From positions 14,260,001-14,324,000 of the forward strand of contig NC_045138.2 of NCBI RefSeq assembly GCF_008831285.2: DNA of 64,000 nt. The letters are read 5' to 3'. Below are positions 1 through 12,252 of the stretch, piece by piece (position 1 is the stretch's first letter; every line of letters starts with the position of its first letter). The stretch is from Nymphaea colorata (Eukaryota). The translations under genes were made by a program, and so were the position numbers. A model generated the notes under the pieces. It did not search any database and had not been told where the DNA came from. It was given only the letters and a program-made list of their open reading frames with translations.

Positions 1-653
1 CTCACGAACAGAAACATGAGAATAGATCGGAACCGTAGATCTCGCAACAACTTCTTCTCGTTTCTACCGTTGGATGCGAGATGACTGTGCCCTCATTAAA
101 TGAAAATGAGGATGGCGCGCATGTGATTGATAGTGTTGTCGCCCAATGCGACGGAACCAACTCCGACCACGACGACCGTGATCTCTTCCCCGTTCTCTCC
201 CTCCCTCCCTCCCTCATCCTCGTCCCTTCGTTCGGTGATCGCCACCGGTTCCCGATCATCTCTCGCGTTCTCCGACAAGGGATCGGTGGGGAAGACGGAG
301 AGATCTGGTTATTGTCCATCCGTCGCGTTTCTTTGGCGCTGGATTGAAGAAATCGAGGGTGAGAGGACGAACGATCCGGTTTCAGGTCATTCGTCGCGTC
401 GTTTGCCGTCGAATATTGAAGAAATCGGATAGAGGAAAGCCGGCAGATCGCTATCCGGTCGTCTCTGGCTTTCATCGGGGCTTGCGTCAACAATCGACGT
501 CCTGAAAGACGAAACAACTTACACACCGATCATTGCGTCGCTTCTGTGGCAACGGGTTGACGGAAATTCGCGGTGGTAGGGCCGAGGTTACTGTTGCTCT
601 TTTTATCTCTTCCATTTTGGCCAAAACACTCGAATCCGGTGGAGAGAGAGAGA

Positions 654-1916
654 ATGGAGTGCCTTCCGGTGGAGGTCATCGGTAACATCCTATCACGCGT
701 TGGGGCAGCGAGGGATGTAGTGGTGGCGTCCGCGACATGTCGGAAGTGGCGAGAGGCCGGCCGGAACCACCTGCGCACTCTGTCCTTCAACTCCGCCGAT
801 TGGCCGGTCTATCGCGAGCTCTCGGCGAGCCGGCTGGAGATCCTGATCACGCAAACCATCTTCCAGACGAAGGGTCTTCAAAGCCTGTCGATATCTATGG
901 CCGACGTGGCCGACGAGTTCTCCGCGGCTCCAGTCATCGCCTGGCTCATGTACACTCGGGACTCCCTGCGCTCCCTCCTCCACCTCGTCCGCACGGCTCC
1001 GCCAGTGAACGTCCTGGAGAGGTGCGGCCGCTCCCGGCTCGAGGCCCTCGTCCTCGGCTTCACTTCCATCTCCGGCGTCGAGCCCAGCTACCAGCGGTTC
1101 CCCTGCCTCCGCTTTCTCGCCCTGCACAGTGTTAGCGTCTCCGCCCTTGACCTCAGCCTCCTTCTCTCTGCCTGCCCACTCATCGAGTCCTTCTCCCTCG
1201 TGAGCCCTGACATTGCCATGTCCGACTCTCAGGCCACCATGGAGCTCAGCAGCCCCACCCTCAAGCGGATCTACGTCGAAGCAATCAGCCTTGACAAGTT
1301 CGTCCTCGATGCCGATTCCCTTGAATCTCTGCACCTCAAGAACTCGACGCTCGAGTACTTCGAGCTCGTGGGGAAGGGTGGGCTCCGGCATCTCAGGTTC
1401 GACGATGTCAGCGTGATCCATCTGGACATCGGCGACACCGCGGATTACCTGGAGGTAGTCGACGTGAACGATTTCACGATCGTCTGGCCGAAGTTCTACC
1501 AGACAATAACGAGATCGGCGAAGTTAAGGCGGCTTCGGCTATGGGGAGTGGTGTTCGATGTGGAGGATGAGGTCCTGGACTTGGAAACGATTGCTGTTTG
1601 TTTCCCCAGATTGAGCCACCTCTCACTAAGCTACGAGACAAGGGACAGCTTGGTGCACTATGGTCTTCATGGTTCGACAATGCTGGAGAATGTAGTGGCC
1701 CTCGAGTTGGGTTCCACGGTGATCAATGACCTATTCACAGAGTGGGTGGCGGGGCTTCTCGAACGATGTCCGAATCTTAAGAAGTTGGTCATTCATGGAA
1801 CCATATCGGAGATGAAGACCCGAGAAGAATGCCAGACGTTAGCTGGTTTTACCTCTTCGATTGTTCGGCTTATGAGGAAGTACATTAATGTTGATGTGCA
1901 ATTTGAGTATCAATGA
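654..1916 (+). CDS. F-box/LRR-repeat protein (At1g67190-like), single coding exon, ~420 aa
   Basis: The ORF-track start at 573 is GTG. The first ATG is at 654 (MECLPVEVIGNILSRVGAARDVVVASATCRKWR, an F-box motif). LRR-like repeats follow (FPCLRFLAL, CPLIESFSL, CFPRLSHLSL, RCPNLKKLVI), the C-terminus is VDVQFEYQ and the TGA is at 1914-1916. Confidence 0.9.
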   Translation: MECLPVEVIGNILSRVGAARDVVVASATCRKWREAGRNHLRTLSFNSADWPVYRELSASRLEILITQTIFQTKGLQSLSISMADVADEFSAAPVIAWLMYTRDSLRSLLHLVRTAPPVNVLERCGRSRLEALVLGFTSISGVEPSYQRFPCLRFLALHSVSVSALDLSLLLSACPLIESFSLVSPDIAMSDSQATMELSSPTLKRIYVEAISLDKFVLDADSLESLHLKNSTLEYFELVGKGGLRHLRFDDVSVIHLDIGDTADYLEVVDVNDFTIVWPKFYQTITRSAKLRRLRLWGVVFDVEDEVLDLETIAVCFPRLSHLSLSYETRDSLVHYGLHGSTMLENVVALELGSTVINDLFTEWVAGLLERCPNLKKLVIHGTISEMKTREECQTLAGFTSSIVRLMRKYINVDVQFEYQ

Positions 1917-4700
1917 ATTGGAACAGTAGCGGAAATTGCTGAAGTTGTTCAAATTCAGATGTCTCTGAAGTTCAAAATTTCTGAAGTTCAAAATTCGGTC
2001 CTATTGACTTCTCTGAGATTTTTTATCTGATTGAAGCTGCAAATTTTGATCCCATTGGAGATGTATTATCTATCAGGTACTATCGGGAGCCTTGGCATGA
2101 CGGTCAGCTCGATATTGCCTCATTGTTTGTTTTATTAGCTTGGTAGAAGATGTAAATCAAATATTTGTTATTTCTTTCTGTAGATATGAACATTCATTTC
2201 TTCGATATATTAGTTTATTAATTTCGACAATATTGTCTCTCTTTGTCTTTCTTTTGAACTTGGAGGCATCCGACGTGGAGCTCTGATCATGTAGGAAGGC
2301 CTGTTTTCCTTCTCTGTTTCCTAGCACAATATCTTGAGTTTGTATACAAGTCGGGGATAGTTTTAAATCCTGCCATTCTTCGTTTCCTTCCTTTCGCAGT
2401 TTGGTTCCTACTGTTTTTCCTGCAGATAATTCATAAGGGTGTGGAGGTTCTATTTTAGGGGCCCAGATTTTTGGATGGCAACTCATTTCGCTGGATTCCT
2501 TAAATAAGCTTTGGAGACAATTTTCCAGTTCATCGCCATTCATGTTCTTGGTGGTTATGACTTACGATGTAGGGAATAGTTTCTTTAGCCAGTGCATGGT
2601 CATGCACTATAACACAATGCAGCCGTACGTGTCAGTGCTGCTAACTATGAAGCTGCTAATATAAATCAATGGAGCATCTATTTTTTTATCAAATTTGTCA
2701 AAAATTTTGATTAGTACCGTGCCTTCAAATTCCTGCACTTTAAGTCTTGTGTTGTTTGGCTTGCACATTGGTGGGACTGATGATAGTGGATAAGGCATTT
2801 GAAGATGGGATATTTTGCTTTGATTTAATTACAGAGGGAAAACGAAAAGCTTCACAAACTGCTTGTGTGCTTGACTTAAAACAAGACCAGTATGTCCTCT
2901 GTTTTTTTACACGTCGAATAAGCTAGTTGTGGCCCCATGCAATAGCTGTAAGGGCTAGTTGGTTGTGCGGCCACTATTAAAGTCTGCATCATGCTGTTAA
3001 ATCTAGTTGAGGATGATGGATGGGAGTTGCAGGGGGCTAATCAGAAGCAATTGGTCCTAATATGGGAAACAGAATTTAGTTTATGGCTCAATACGATGGA
3101 TGAGAACTCCAGGTAACTTCATATTTGATGTTTGCCTGATAAATTGCAGCGGTACAAGGTTTGCCAATACACCATAAAGTTCAACTTGCTATCAGTTTCC
3201 TGAAGATGTTCTGACAGAGTTCATGTGCGTTTGTGCGTTAACACTTTTCTTCCATATTGTTATATGGTAATTCAAGGCAAGAATTGGTAGAATCTATTCT
3301 GGCCCTTCTCAGTCAATATCAATCCTCAAGAACAATTTTAGTGAAGAGCCAACAAAAATCCACTTGTTGCCCCTTTGTGAGATGAATTGGTTGTCTAATC
3401 ACCAGAGATCAATAGTACTAGGAGTGTGTTTAGTGGCTGCAAATGGTTTATGTAATATAATATTGTTAGCAGTAATTCTGTAGATGTCTGGCCATGCCTA
3501 GCAAGTGTACGTTACTGGCTTATCCTTTATGCTACCAGGTTTCTATGATAATGCAACAGGTTGCAATAGTAGTATCTGATAGATTTGCAGATTAAATGAT
3601 AAATCATCTAGTGTATAACAGAATGTACTTGAGATGCTTTTCAAGACCTAGTTGATGGATCTTTCCATAGTGAGATGCTGGTTACTTGTGCATGACATTG
3701 GGCATGGCACAACTTTATGGTTGATTCTTTCACATAACCCTTGAAGCTATCATGAATTTGCATATGAGATTCTTTTCTACTTTTAATGTGGAAACTGATC
3801 TATCAACTGGACACATTTGTTACAGGAAAAGTTCTTTATGAAAAAATTGGCTTTCCTTTCACCCATTTGTTCCCTTTTTGTTTTGCAATTTGTGTTGTAA
3901 AAGGGTCTTCTTTGTTTGATTAAAGCACTTGGAAATGAAACATCAGGCTGTGCTTGCTGATAGATTCACCCTAAACTTTGACTACCAGGAGGTTATGTGC
4001 TTCATTCACTAAAAAACTGGCCTTGTGCACTCCTGAAGCTCTTATCTTAATATGCTCCTAGGCATAATGTGGAAATGGTACAATATGCCCGTGTGGTCTT
4101 TGTGTGTCTAAATTATCATGCTTGCTTGTGTCACATGGATGTGGATGTGGGGCTGAAACACGATAACGGCATAGGCAGTAAAATTTGGCAGTTCTCACAA
4201 CAAAGGTCATATTCAGATGATACACACAAACATGTGTTTTATATATAAGATGCAAGTTCTTGGGAAACAAATTGAAAATTACTGTAAACTAAAAATTCAA
4301 ATAGTAAAACCAAGTTGAAATTGAACTATTATGTAATTGGAGACAAATTCTAAGGGAAAGTTATGTGAATTGATTAAAATATCCAATTAAAAAAATAAAA
4401 GGACATAGAAAATTCTTAATGAGATGGTCTTCATGTGCAACATTGGTGCAATTCCATTCATGCAGTGTCATGTGGAATCTGTCATGTCATGTCAGTGTGG
4501 TATATGGGATATGCTTGCTAATAGAAGTGTACATGTGTGAGGTTGTGTGTTTGTTTGCTTGTGTGCATGCATGTAATAAACAGCATTTCACCAAAATGTG
4601 ATTTTGTGTGATGCGTTATCTCAGCAGTTCTGCATCCTTGCACATTGAACAAGATCTAGAGGATTTACTTAATCTATGTTGTTGAGGTTCGTCGTTGACA

Positions 4701-4980
4701 TCCATAAGATATCAGGGTGGTTTTCTGAGTGTATGGTTTGTTTAGGCACCTTGAGTACCTAAATTTTAGGCAGATCATCTTCCTGCTTTTTGTAACATTG
4801 TTCATGATGCAAATTGATGCTCTGTCTCCTCCTTAGTTTTTCCATAAGATATCAGGGTGGTTTTCTGAGTATATGGTTTGTTTAGGCACCTTGAGTTCCT
4901 AAATTTTAGGCAGACCATCTTCCTGCTTTTTGTAACATTGTTCATGATGCAAATTGATGCTCTGTCTCCTCCTGAGTTTT
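4701..4980. repeat. Direct tandem duplication, 2 x 140 bp
   Basis: 'tccataagatatcagggtggttttctgag...gctctgtctcctcct' starts at 4701 and again at 4841, with only a few substitutions. Confidence 0.95.
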
Positions 4981-6238
4981 TTGTTTCATTTTTTTGATTT
5001 GAGTATATAAACAATTTAGACTGCATGATGTTCTTGATTTATTTATGAGATAATATGGATTATGTCTGCACAGAAACTATATTGTAGAAATTGTGGTTAG
5101 ACTTCAAGAACTGATTCCTGGATAATGAATGGGTGTGTGTATATGCGGTAGGATGAGGCAGTGCAGAGGAGAGAATTTCATAATCCTTCATATACAGGCA
5201 GAAAGGTGATTAATCATTAACTTTCTGCATGTTGAACCATTTTATGGAATATGAAGAGCAATGCTTTGACTTGCTGCTGCGTGTTTTTTGTTTCTGTTTT
5301 GTTTTACATAGTTATACACTTATTTGCATGTTCCACCAACTTGTGAAATGTGAAACATAGTAGAACTAATAGTTCTTGCCTAAACCTTGCCAAATCTCAA
5401 GTTTCTGTTACTTGTGGAGCACAACAGAATGTGTAGAACAGAAAGAAATGTGCTTTTCCCATCCTAATGACTGTCTTTGCAAAGATCCCAAGAGTTCCCA
5501 TTTGTGCTGCCAATATCTCAGTCCCGTATTTCCAACATCATGTATGATACCAAATTAGATTGATCTACTTGGAGTTGGGTTGTAGAATTTGGTATTCCTC
5601 AGGTGTAAACAGCATTCAGCTTCAGATTGGGAGATTATGACGTTGATAAATTCCCAGAGCTGATCGCCCATTCAGTCTGACTAGTTTGCTATGCTTATGC
5701 TCTCTACACGAACCCTATTTCTGCAGGATCATTAAATTGGACTGGGGGATCAGCTCCATCATGGTTGCATTGACTGCTCGTGCATTATTCTGGCTAGGGG
5801 CTAAATCGAGCTGCCTTGTTCTTGACTAGTTGACTGATATAATCCCTTTTACGTGGCAATTGACATCCTATGAAACATGTATATGGTCGCAAGTAAAGCT
5901 GTGATATGGGTATTTGCCTTAAAGAGAACACCCCACATTTTATTTTTTTAGACTTTAGAGCTTTAGATTTTTCTGTTCTGAGATATCATCCACTTCTGGA
6001 AAGTGTACATAACTAAATTGTGTTATGCTAGATATTCTCTATCCAATTACTGGACTTGTTGCAGAATTGATCGCCTGGTTATTCTTCCTGCAGTGACCAT
6101 CAGCTTTCTATGTAGTTATTTTTGGATCCATAATTAACTGTAGAAATCTACCTAACCTACTTAGAAAAGGGAAGGCATCAGGTCAGCAAGAGGGAAAGAC
6201 TTGGACAAAAGAGAACTTCTTTGGGAGATTTATCAGTT

Positions 6239-6494
6239 GCAATTTTTATGATATTCTTGAATAGAATCTAGTGCGTTCTTGTTCCTTGTTTTGAATGGTT
6301 GAAAAATCTAATAGATTTGTTGGTTTGCAATTTTTATCATATTCTAGAGTATAATATGGTGACTTCTTGGTGTTCCTTGTTTTGGAAGGTTGAAAAATTC
6401 TAGTAGTTTTGTTAGTTTCAATTTTTATCATATTCTAGAGTATAAGCTAGTGCCTTCTTGGTGTTTCTTGTTTTGTAAGGTTGAAAAATCTAAT
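6239..6494. repeat. Degenerate tandem repeat, ~3 x 90 bp
   Basis: The unit 'caatttttatcatattctagagtata...ttcttg..ttccttgtttt..aaggttgaaaaat' occurs three times. Confidence 0.85.
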
Positions 6495-9400
6495 ACTTCA
6501 TAAGTATTTTATTATTTGACCTTGAGGGAGAGGTGGCTTTTATTCTGGTCAGTCTTCCTACTCAAATGAGCATCTTTTGTTAATGGGATTCCTTTATTAG
6601 ATCACAGAGCAAGCAAAGGTGCACAGTTTTTACCTTAAATTTTGTGTAACTAATTCCGACCTTCGACCAACTAGAACACCAGTATCTTCATCGTCATCAT
6701 CATCGTCATCAGGGAGCCTTGTCCTAGCTATGTGGAGGTCAGCTTTATGAATCTCTCCCTTCCCCATTCCATATATGTATGTTATTTTGCAATTTTTCGT
6801 GTCACCTCCTATTTTTTTCCTTTCGATTCCCAGTTCAATCTTGTACAGAAAAACTTGGGCCTCTTTGGGTATCTCCCCTCGTTAGCTGCATCACATCTAA
6901 AACTTAAATTTACTTTAAAAATGGATTAGTTGTTTGGTTTGATAATTTTAACGCCCAACTACTTTTAGCTGTCTTGTTCTTGTGCGTATAAATTTCAGGC
7001 GTATCCGATTTTTTTCTTGGTGTACTGGGTGACTTTAAGTTTTACCCACCAATCACCAATCACCCTGAAATCAAACAAGAAAATGTTTCACCTTTTTATT
7101 GGCTTTATCACGGACCCCCTTTGGTCTACCTAGCAGTCTAGCTCGACCACAGAATGGTACCCATCTGACCAGCATAAGTTCCATGCTGAACTCTAAGCTT
7201 TCTCAAACATAGAGACGACATCTCACCTTAATCAGATTGAGACAAATAGGGGAAGCGGTCTGGTTAGCCAGGAGTGAAATTTTGTCATAATCTAGTCTAA
7301 CTCATAGACCCAATTCAAGTTTGCCGATGACGCCTGAACCTATACAACTTGCATCCCTTGGTTTCGTGTTCTCTGCTTCTATTTGGTTCATTAAGAATCT
7401 GAATATAGATTGACAATAAGTTCATTCAGATTCTCAATCTAGATTAACAATAATGAGCAGTGACACTCTTTTAAGCAACTAATAATGTAATCCACTACTC
7501 ATTATAAACAATCTTGTGCAGAAATATTTTAAAATGTGAATTTAATTGAAATTAATAGTTACATTCAATGTATACCCTTTTCTTGAGAAAATGTATTCAA
7601 GTACCATTTATTTATTTAGAGACGCATCATAAACCAAAGCCACCATGACCTCATGAAGTATGTGTTGCCCATCTTACCAATCGGAGGCTGCATTTAATAA
7701 TCTTTCAGCGTTTGTCCAGAATCTGTTTTGGACTCTATTTAAGTTTCTTTATACATGGAAAAAGCAAACTCTCTCACGTTTACCATTTACTGGAAGCGTT
7801 GAAATGTGCAAGGCGTGCGGATCAGCAAATCATGAGTTTTGATTCCTTCAGTGGCCAACATGTGGTGGATATGGAGCCACACTGTGCTTGAGGTTCTAAT
7901 CTATCCCAGCATTTTATAAGGACTGATAAGGGTTAGATCTGGTCAATTGCCCATCATTTATAGCAAGAAAAAACCAAAATGCATCGCAAATGGGTCGAGT
8001 TCCTTTGCAACATAATGGGTTCAATTTGCTTATTGTTCCATCTTAATTGATGGTAGATGTCATGACATGTTAATGTGGTGTAGTTTCTCAGTGGCAATCT
8101 ATAGGTGCACTTTCAAAAGCTGCCATTGAAAAGTTATGATTCTTTATACTTTATTTTATTTCAAAGATTGGCTATGAAAAAAATGATGAAAGCAAGAAAA
8201 TTTGAATGATCTTTTAACGAAAGTTTGAGAAAAAAAAAATCCCAAGCTGTAGAGAAGAAAATAACAGGCCATGGCTGCTCCCTTTGGAGGCTCAGAAAAG
8301 AGTTTGCTCCCTCTATCTTGCCAGGAAACCTCATCATTTTCCATGTTATGTGATATTTTATTTGAAGCATCTACGCAGTACAAAAGTGCCAATCTTTCTG
8401 TGAACAGGGTTTGATGAATTTAGATCCATGCTGATGCTTGTGTTGAAACCTGGCCCGTTGCTTTCTGTCATGTCTTGCCAAGTATGTCAAAGTCTAAATA
8501 GAACTGATGATGCAAGAAAGAAGTTGGGGTGGACTTCATTTAACAAGATCAACCTTTATAATGTGAGTGAGAGAGAGGGGAGGGGCATGCTTTAACTCAC
8601 ATGCTAATAAACGATATCAAATTTATCAATTTAATTCGCTAGATGTGAAACAATACTTGTTAGGTATGCTTAGTTATGATGATTGCATATCACTGTAAGA
8701 TTCTTAAAAAGCAAAGGATCTCAGTCCCCAAAAAAATGTGATTCGAAGATGAAACTACATAGTTGAAGCATTTAGAGAGTCGCTTCTGAAAAATGAAAAG
8801 CTTGCTTCCTTATCGTACGAAAATTTTTGCCTATAATATTTAAAACACCTTATTCATATTAAGAAAGTTGTATAATTTTCTATAGTAGACCCTCATTTTC
8901 CACCGTCTACAGAAATGCACTCCATCACACCAGAAGCATTGACATTCATTTGTATTCATTTTTTTTACATGACATAGCCACACGAATGAATTAACAGATT
9001 TAAAAACCTAAGATCAGCGTATTATACGAAACTTTTGATGTATGGATTGGATGTAGATCCGTCAAATTCTAAAATGTTTATGACAACAGGTATATGGACG
9101 AAAAACATAAATATGAATGTGATATATCGGTTTATAAGTTTTTGAATTTGTGGATGACATCCACATGGTTATATTTGCAGCAAAATGTCTCTCTCTGAAA
9201 AATTGGGGCACCTTATGTAACTATTTTGGTATTCCTCCAGTTATATATACTTTTCCTTTTGCCATGTACCTTGTCTCAATCGTGTCTTTGTTCCACAGTT
9301 CTACCTGTAAAGTAGCTCCATGCTGTTTGATGCTCACTACTCTGCAACAAAAAGGTTCCTAAAGTTGTTTACGAATCTTTTTGACAAACAAAAGCAAGCC

Positions 9401-9944
9401 AACTAACCTACCTACTCAAGGTGCATGAATCCTCAATATATCTAAATCATTACAAGAAATCTTAATTAGGCAGATGAAATGGACTCACTGAATGCCAAGC
9501 CATGTCAATGCGATCTCAGTGATCCTTTCTCAGCGTCGAGCGGATGACAGGAATTTGAACTCACGCCATTCATCCATTAAAGCATCTTCCCGGTCGTCTC
9601 TTAGCGTGTAATCTTGCTTCCAAAACGACCAGTAATTAAAGCCAATTTTGGCAAAAGTTCATCTCGCGAAGCAATTAAATGAACTCGGAATTTTTCATGA
9701 TTGATTCAGAATTAGCACTTGAATGATAGGTCTGTGTACAATTGGACTTAAGAAAGGGTGCTCCCAGCTAAACCTAAACCTCCACCCACTTGGGCAAGGC
9801 TCAGATAGAAACCCTTTTCTTGGTCAATGATGTATTAGGCTTGGAGTCTTAATTAGAAAATGCCAAAGCTTCGATCCGCAGTCAGAGTAAATGGCATAAT
9901 CTGGTAGGGACCAGTCTAAACCGTCATTCAGATGTCACTAAAAA

Positions 9945-9979
9945 GGAGGAGGAGGAGGAAGAAGAAGAAGAAGAAGAAG
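9945..9979. repeat. (GGA)n(GAA)n microsatellite
   Basis: Directly visible in the sequence. Confidence 0.9.
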
Positions 9980-12252
9980 GCGGAGGGTGTAGAGGGTATT
10001 GAAAGCAAGAAGACCCACGAGAACATTAACATCAAATTTATAGGACAATGAAGTTTCCGATGATGTTCAATTAAAAATCATAACCACATTTCAGAGAAAA
10101 GCTGGCACACAGTGAGGTAAGCTATGATTCATTGAGGCTCGCATAAAGTTCATTTTACTAAGAGATCCATGTTGGTATCGCATGTGCCTATGCCCCATTC
10201 TTTTGGGACATGCTAAAATTAATAGCAAAAGAGAAGTAAAGTACATTGGTGTTCGAAAACTATGTGCCAAGATCTTGTTCAGGCCAATCAGAACTCACTC
10301 CTGTAGATTGAGAAGATATGGATACCCCCCCCTCCTTCCTTCCACGAGTGACATGGTTGGTCGTGAGCAAAAGACTTGAATAATTCCTACCACCAACAAA
10401 CTTTCTTTTCTTCATTTTTTTTTAAAAAAAAGAGAAATCCTAATATTCTTCGTCTTAAAAAAAAAAACGTTGTAATGAGCCTTAGGTAGATCGAACCATA
10501 CATGTTGCATTTTAAAAACTTAGTTGTTTATTGCAAGCAAACTACAACAAGGCCAATCATTGTGCTACGCGAATAATTGTTCACGGAGTCGTGCTACCTA
10601 TCTAAGTAGGTCGCTCGGTTGACATTATAAAAATATTTACATTGTGGGGATGAACTAATTAAAACATGGTATAACAGTGTCTGAAAGTTGGTGCATGGAA
10701 AGCCTGAAAGGTCCAACCTCTCTGTTGTACTAGGTAAGGGAATGTTCCTGGCAGTTCATCCCTTCGACCTTCTCTTTTCTTCTTAATTTGTCCAGACCCT
10801 GATCTCCAATGACTGAAAATACTGCAACGCAGAAACGGAAAAGATACCCAAGATTGGAAGACATTGAGCCAGGTGAAAATGTATTCTAACATCTCATGCA
10901 TTTTTTTAGTAACTATGCCTCTTAACCTCTAATTATCACCTTGCATCTAGTTTTTTTGTCATGGGTCTTGAGTTTTCTAGCCTAAAATGAGGATAGCTAA
11001 CTCTTGAATCTGGTACTTGGCAGTTTTGACAAGTTTGGTTCTACTAAATTCTAATACAATTTGATTGGCAACGCCTAATTAATTGATCCATATCTGACCC
11101 ACTTCCAACCAGGCAATTCATTGATCAAATCAAGCACCCATGAGAGCTAATACGTCAATGACCTGATTTCCAACTCGTCATCACTTGGAATAAGATCATG
11201 GATTTGCACACTCCTGCGGAAGATTGTGTGCAAAGAATCTCACTGACCGATCCATGGGAAAACATACCAAACGCAGTAGCCTGGGAAAAGAAATCCCAGG
11301 GAAACCCAAGACCGAATGGTAAACCCAAGGGCACCAAACCCCCTCAAAGGGCATGGTTTTTCTAATAATAGAAGGGGAATCTTAGGGAAGGGAAGGGGTT
11401 TGCCCTCTTGTTTTAGGTATTGACAAGCACATCGATGTGGACTAATCGACGAGGAGATAACACCAAACATGTCCATTTCAAGGAAAGGATTAAAAATGGA
11501 AGTGGGTTTGTTTTGTGGGGGATATTTTTCTAAGTTTTGGTTGAATGATGTGGTGCATTTGTTAATTCAGAAAAAAAAAAAAAAAGAGACAAGGGGATGT
11601 CAGGTAAACCCATCCAAATGAATAAAATGGGATTGGACCAACATGACAAGAGCCCCTCAAACTTAATTTATTGGTATTAAATTGGGGCCTATCCATATTA
11701 AATGCTGGGCTTCCTTGAGTTAAACTTGGGCCATTGTGAGGGCCTAAAGAAATGAGCAGAGGGAGAAAAAAATGCAGTCGGTTAAGGAGTGGAGTAGGAG
11801 TCAGTGATGTTAGTGGCTGACTGAGATGGGGGCCACCCCGTTTATTTAATTAGCTTTTGGGGTCCTGGCCCCACCCGATCCCTCCTTGGAGATGGAGACA
11901 AAGCCTGCCTGTGGAACCTACGGATTTGATCCGCTTCTGATGTCAAAAGATGAATGGCTGGCCTGACATTATGGTTAAAAGCCCAACAGAATAATCAGTT
12001 TCTTTTGCAGAAGAGAGAGTCTCCCATCCTGGCTTATTAGAGAGAATCGGGTACAAAAATTCAAGAGGAAAAGTTAAGGAGGCAATACCATCTTCTCACC
12101 CATAAAGAGTTGTAGTTTTTTTGTCTGCAATTTGAACAGTTTCACACGCAAAAGGAGGAAGGAAAGAGGGGGTCATGTGGTGAACTGATATCATTTTAAG
12201 GGAGCAGAAGGGAGTCCCTGATGAGATGATGCTGAGTTTGCAATAGTTTTGC

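Noticed and set aside
81..347. 88-aa ORF upstream of the F-box gene as a conserved-peptide uORF
   Set aside because: It has no recognisable motif and overlaps promoter-like CT-rich sequence. Chance ORFs are common in GC-rich leaders.
573..653. Signal-peptide-like N-terminal extension of the F-box ORF
   Set aside because: It starts at GTG, an artefact of the ORF track's start-codon set. The F-box begins right at ATG 654.
693..1421. 242-aa antisense ORF, and similar antisense ORFs over CDC40, the phosphatase and the SCS-like gene
   Set aside because: These are shadow ORFs of real coding exons with no family features.
5146..5166. Partial miR408 complementarity (gaggcagtgca)
   Set aside because: About 7 mismatches over 21 nt against the recalled miR408 sequence, and it is probably intronic or intergenic.
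9538..9570. tRNA T-arm/B-box-like string on the minus strand (gtgagttcaaattcctgtcatccgc)
   Set aside because: I could not build a cloverleaf or find an A-box. At most it is a decayed SINE or tRNA remnant.
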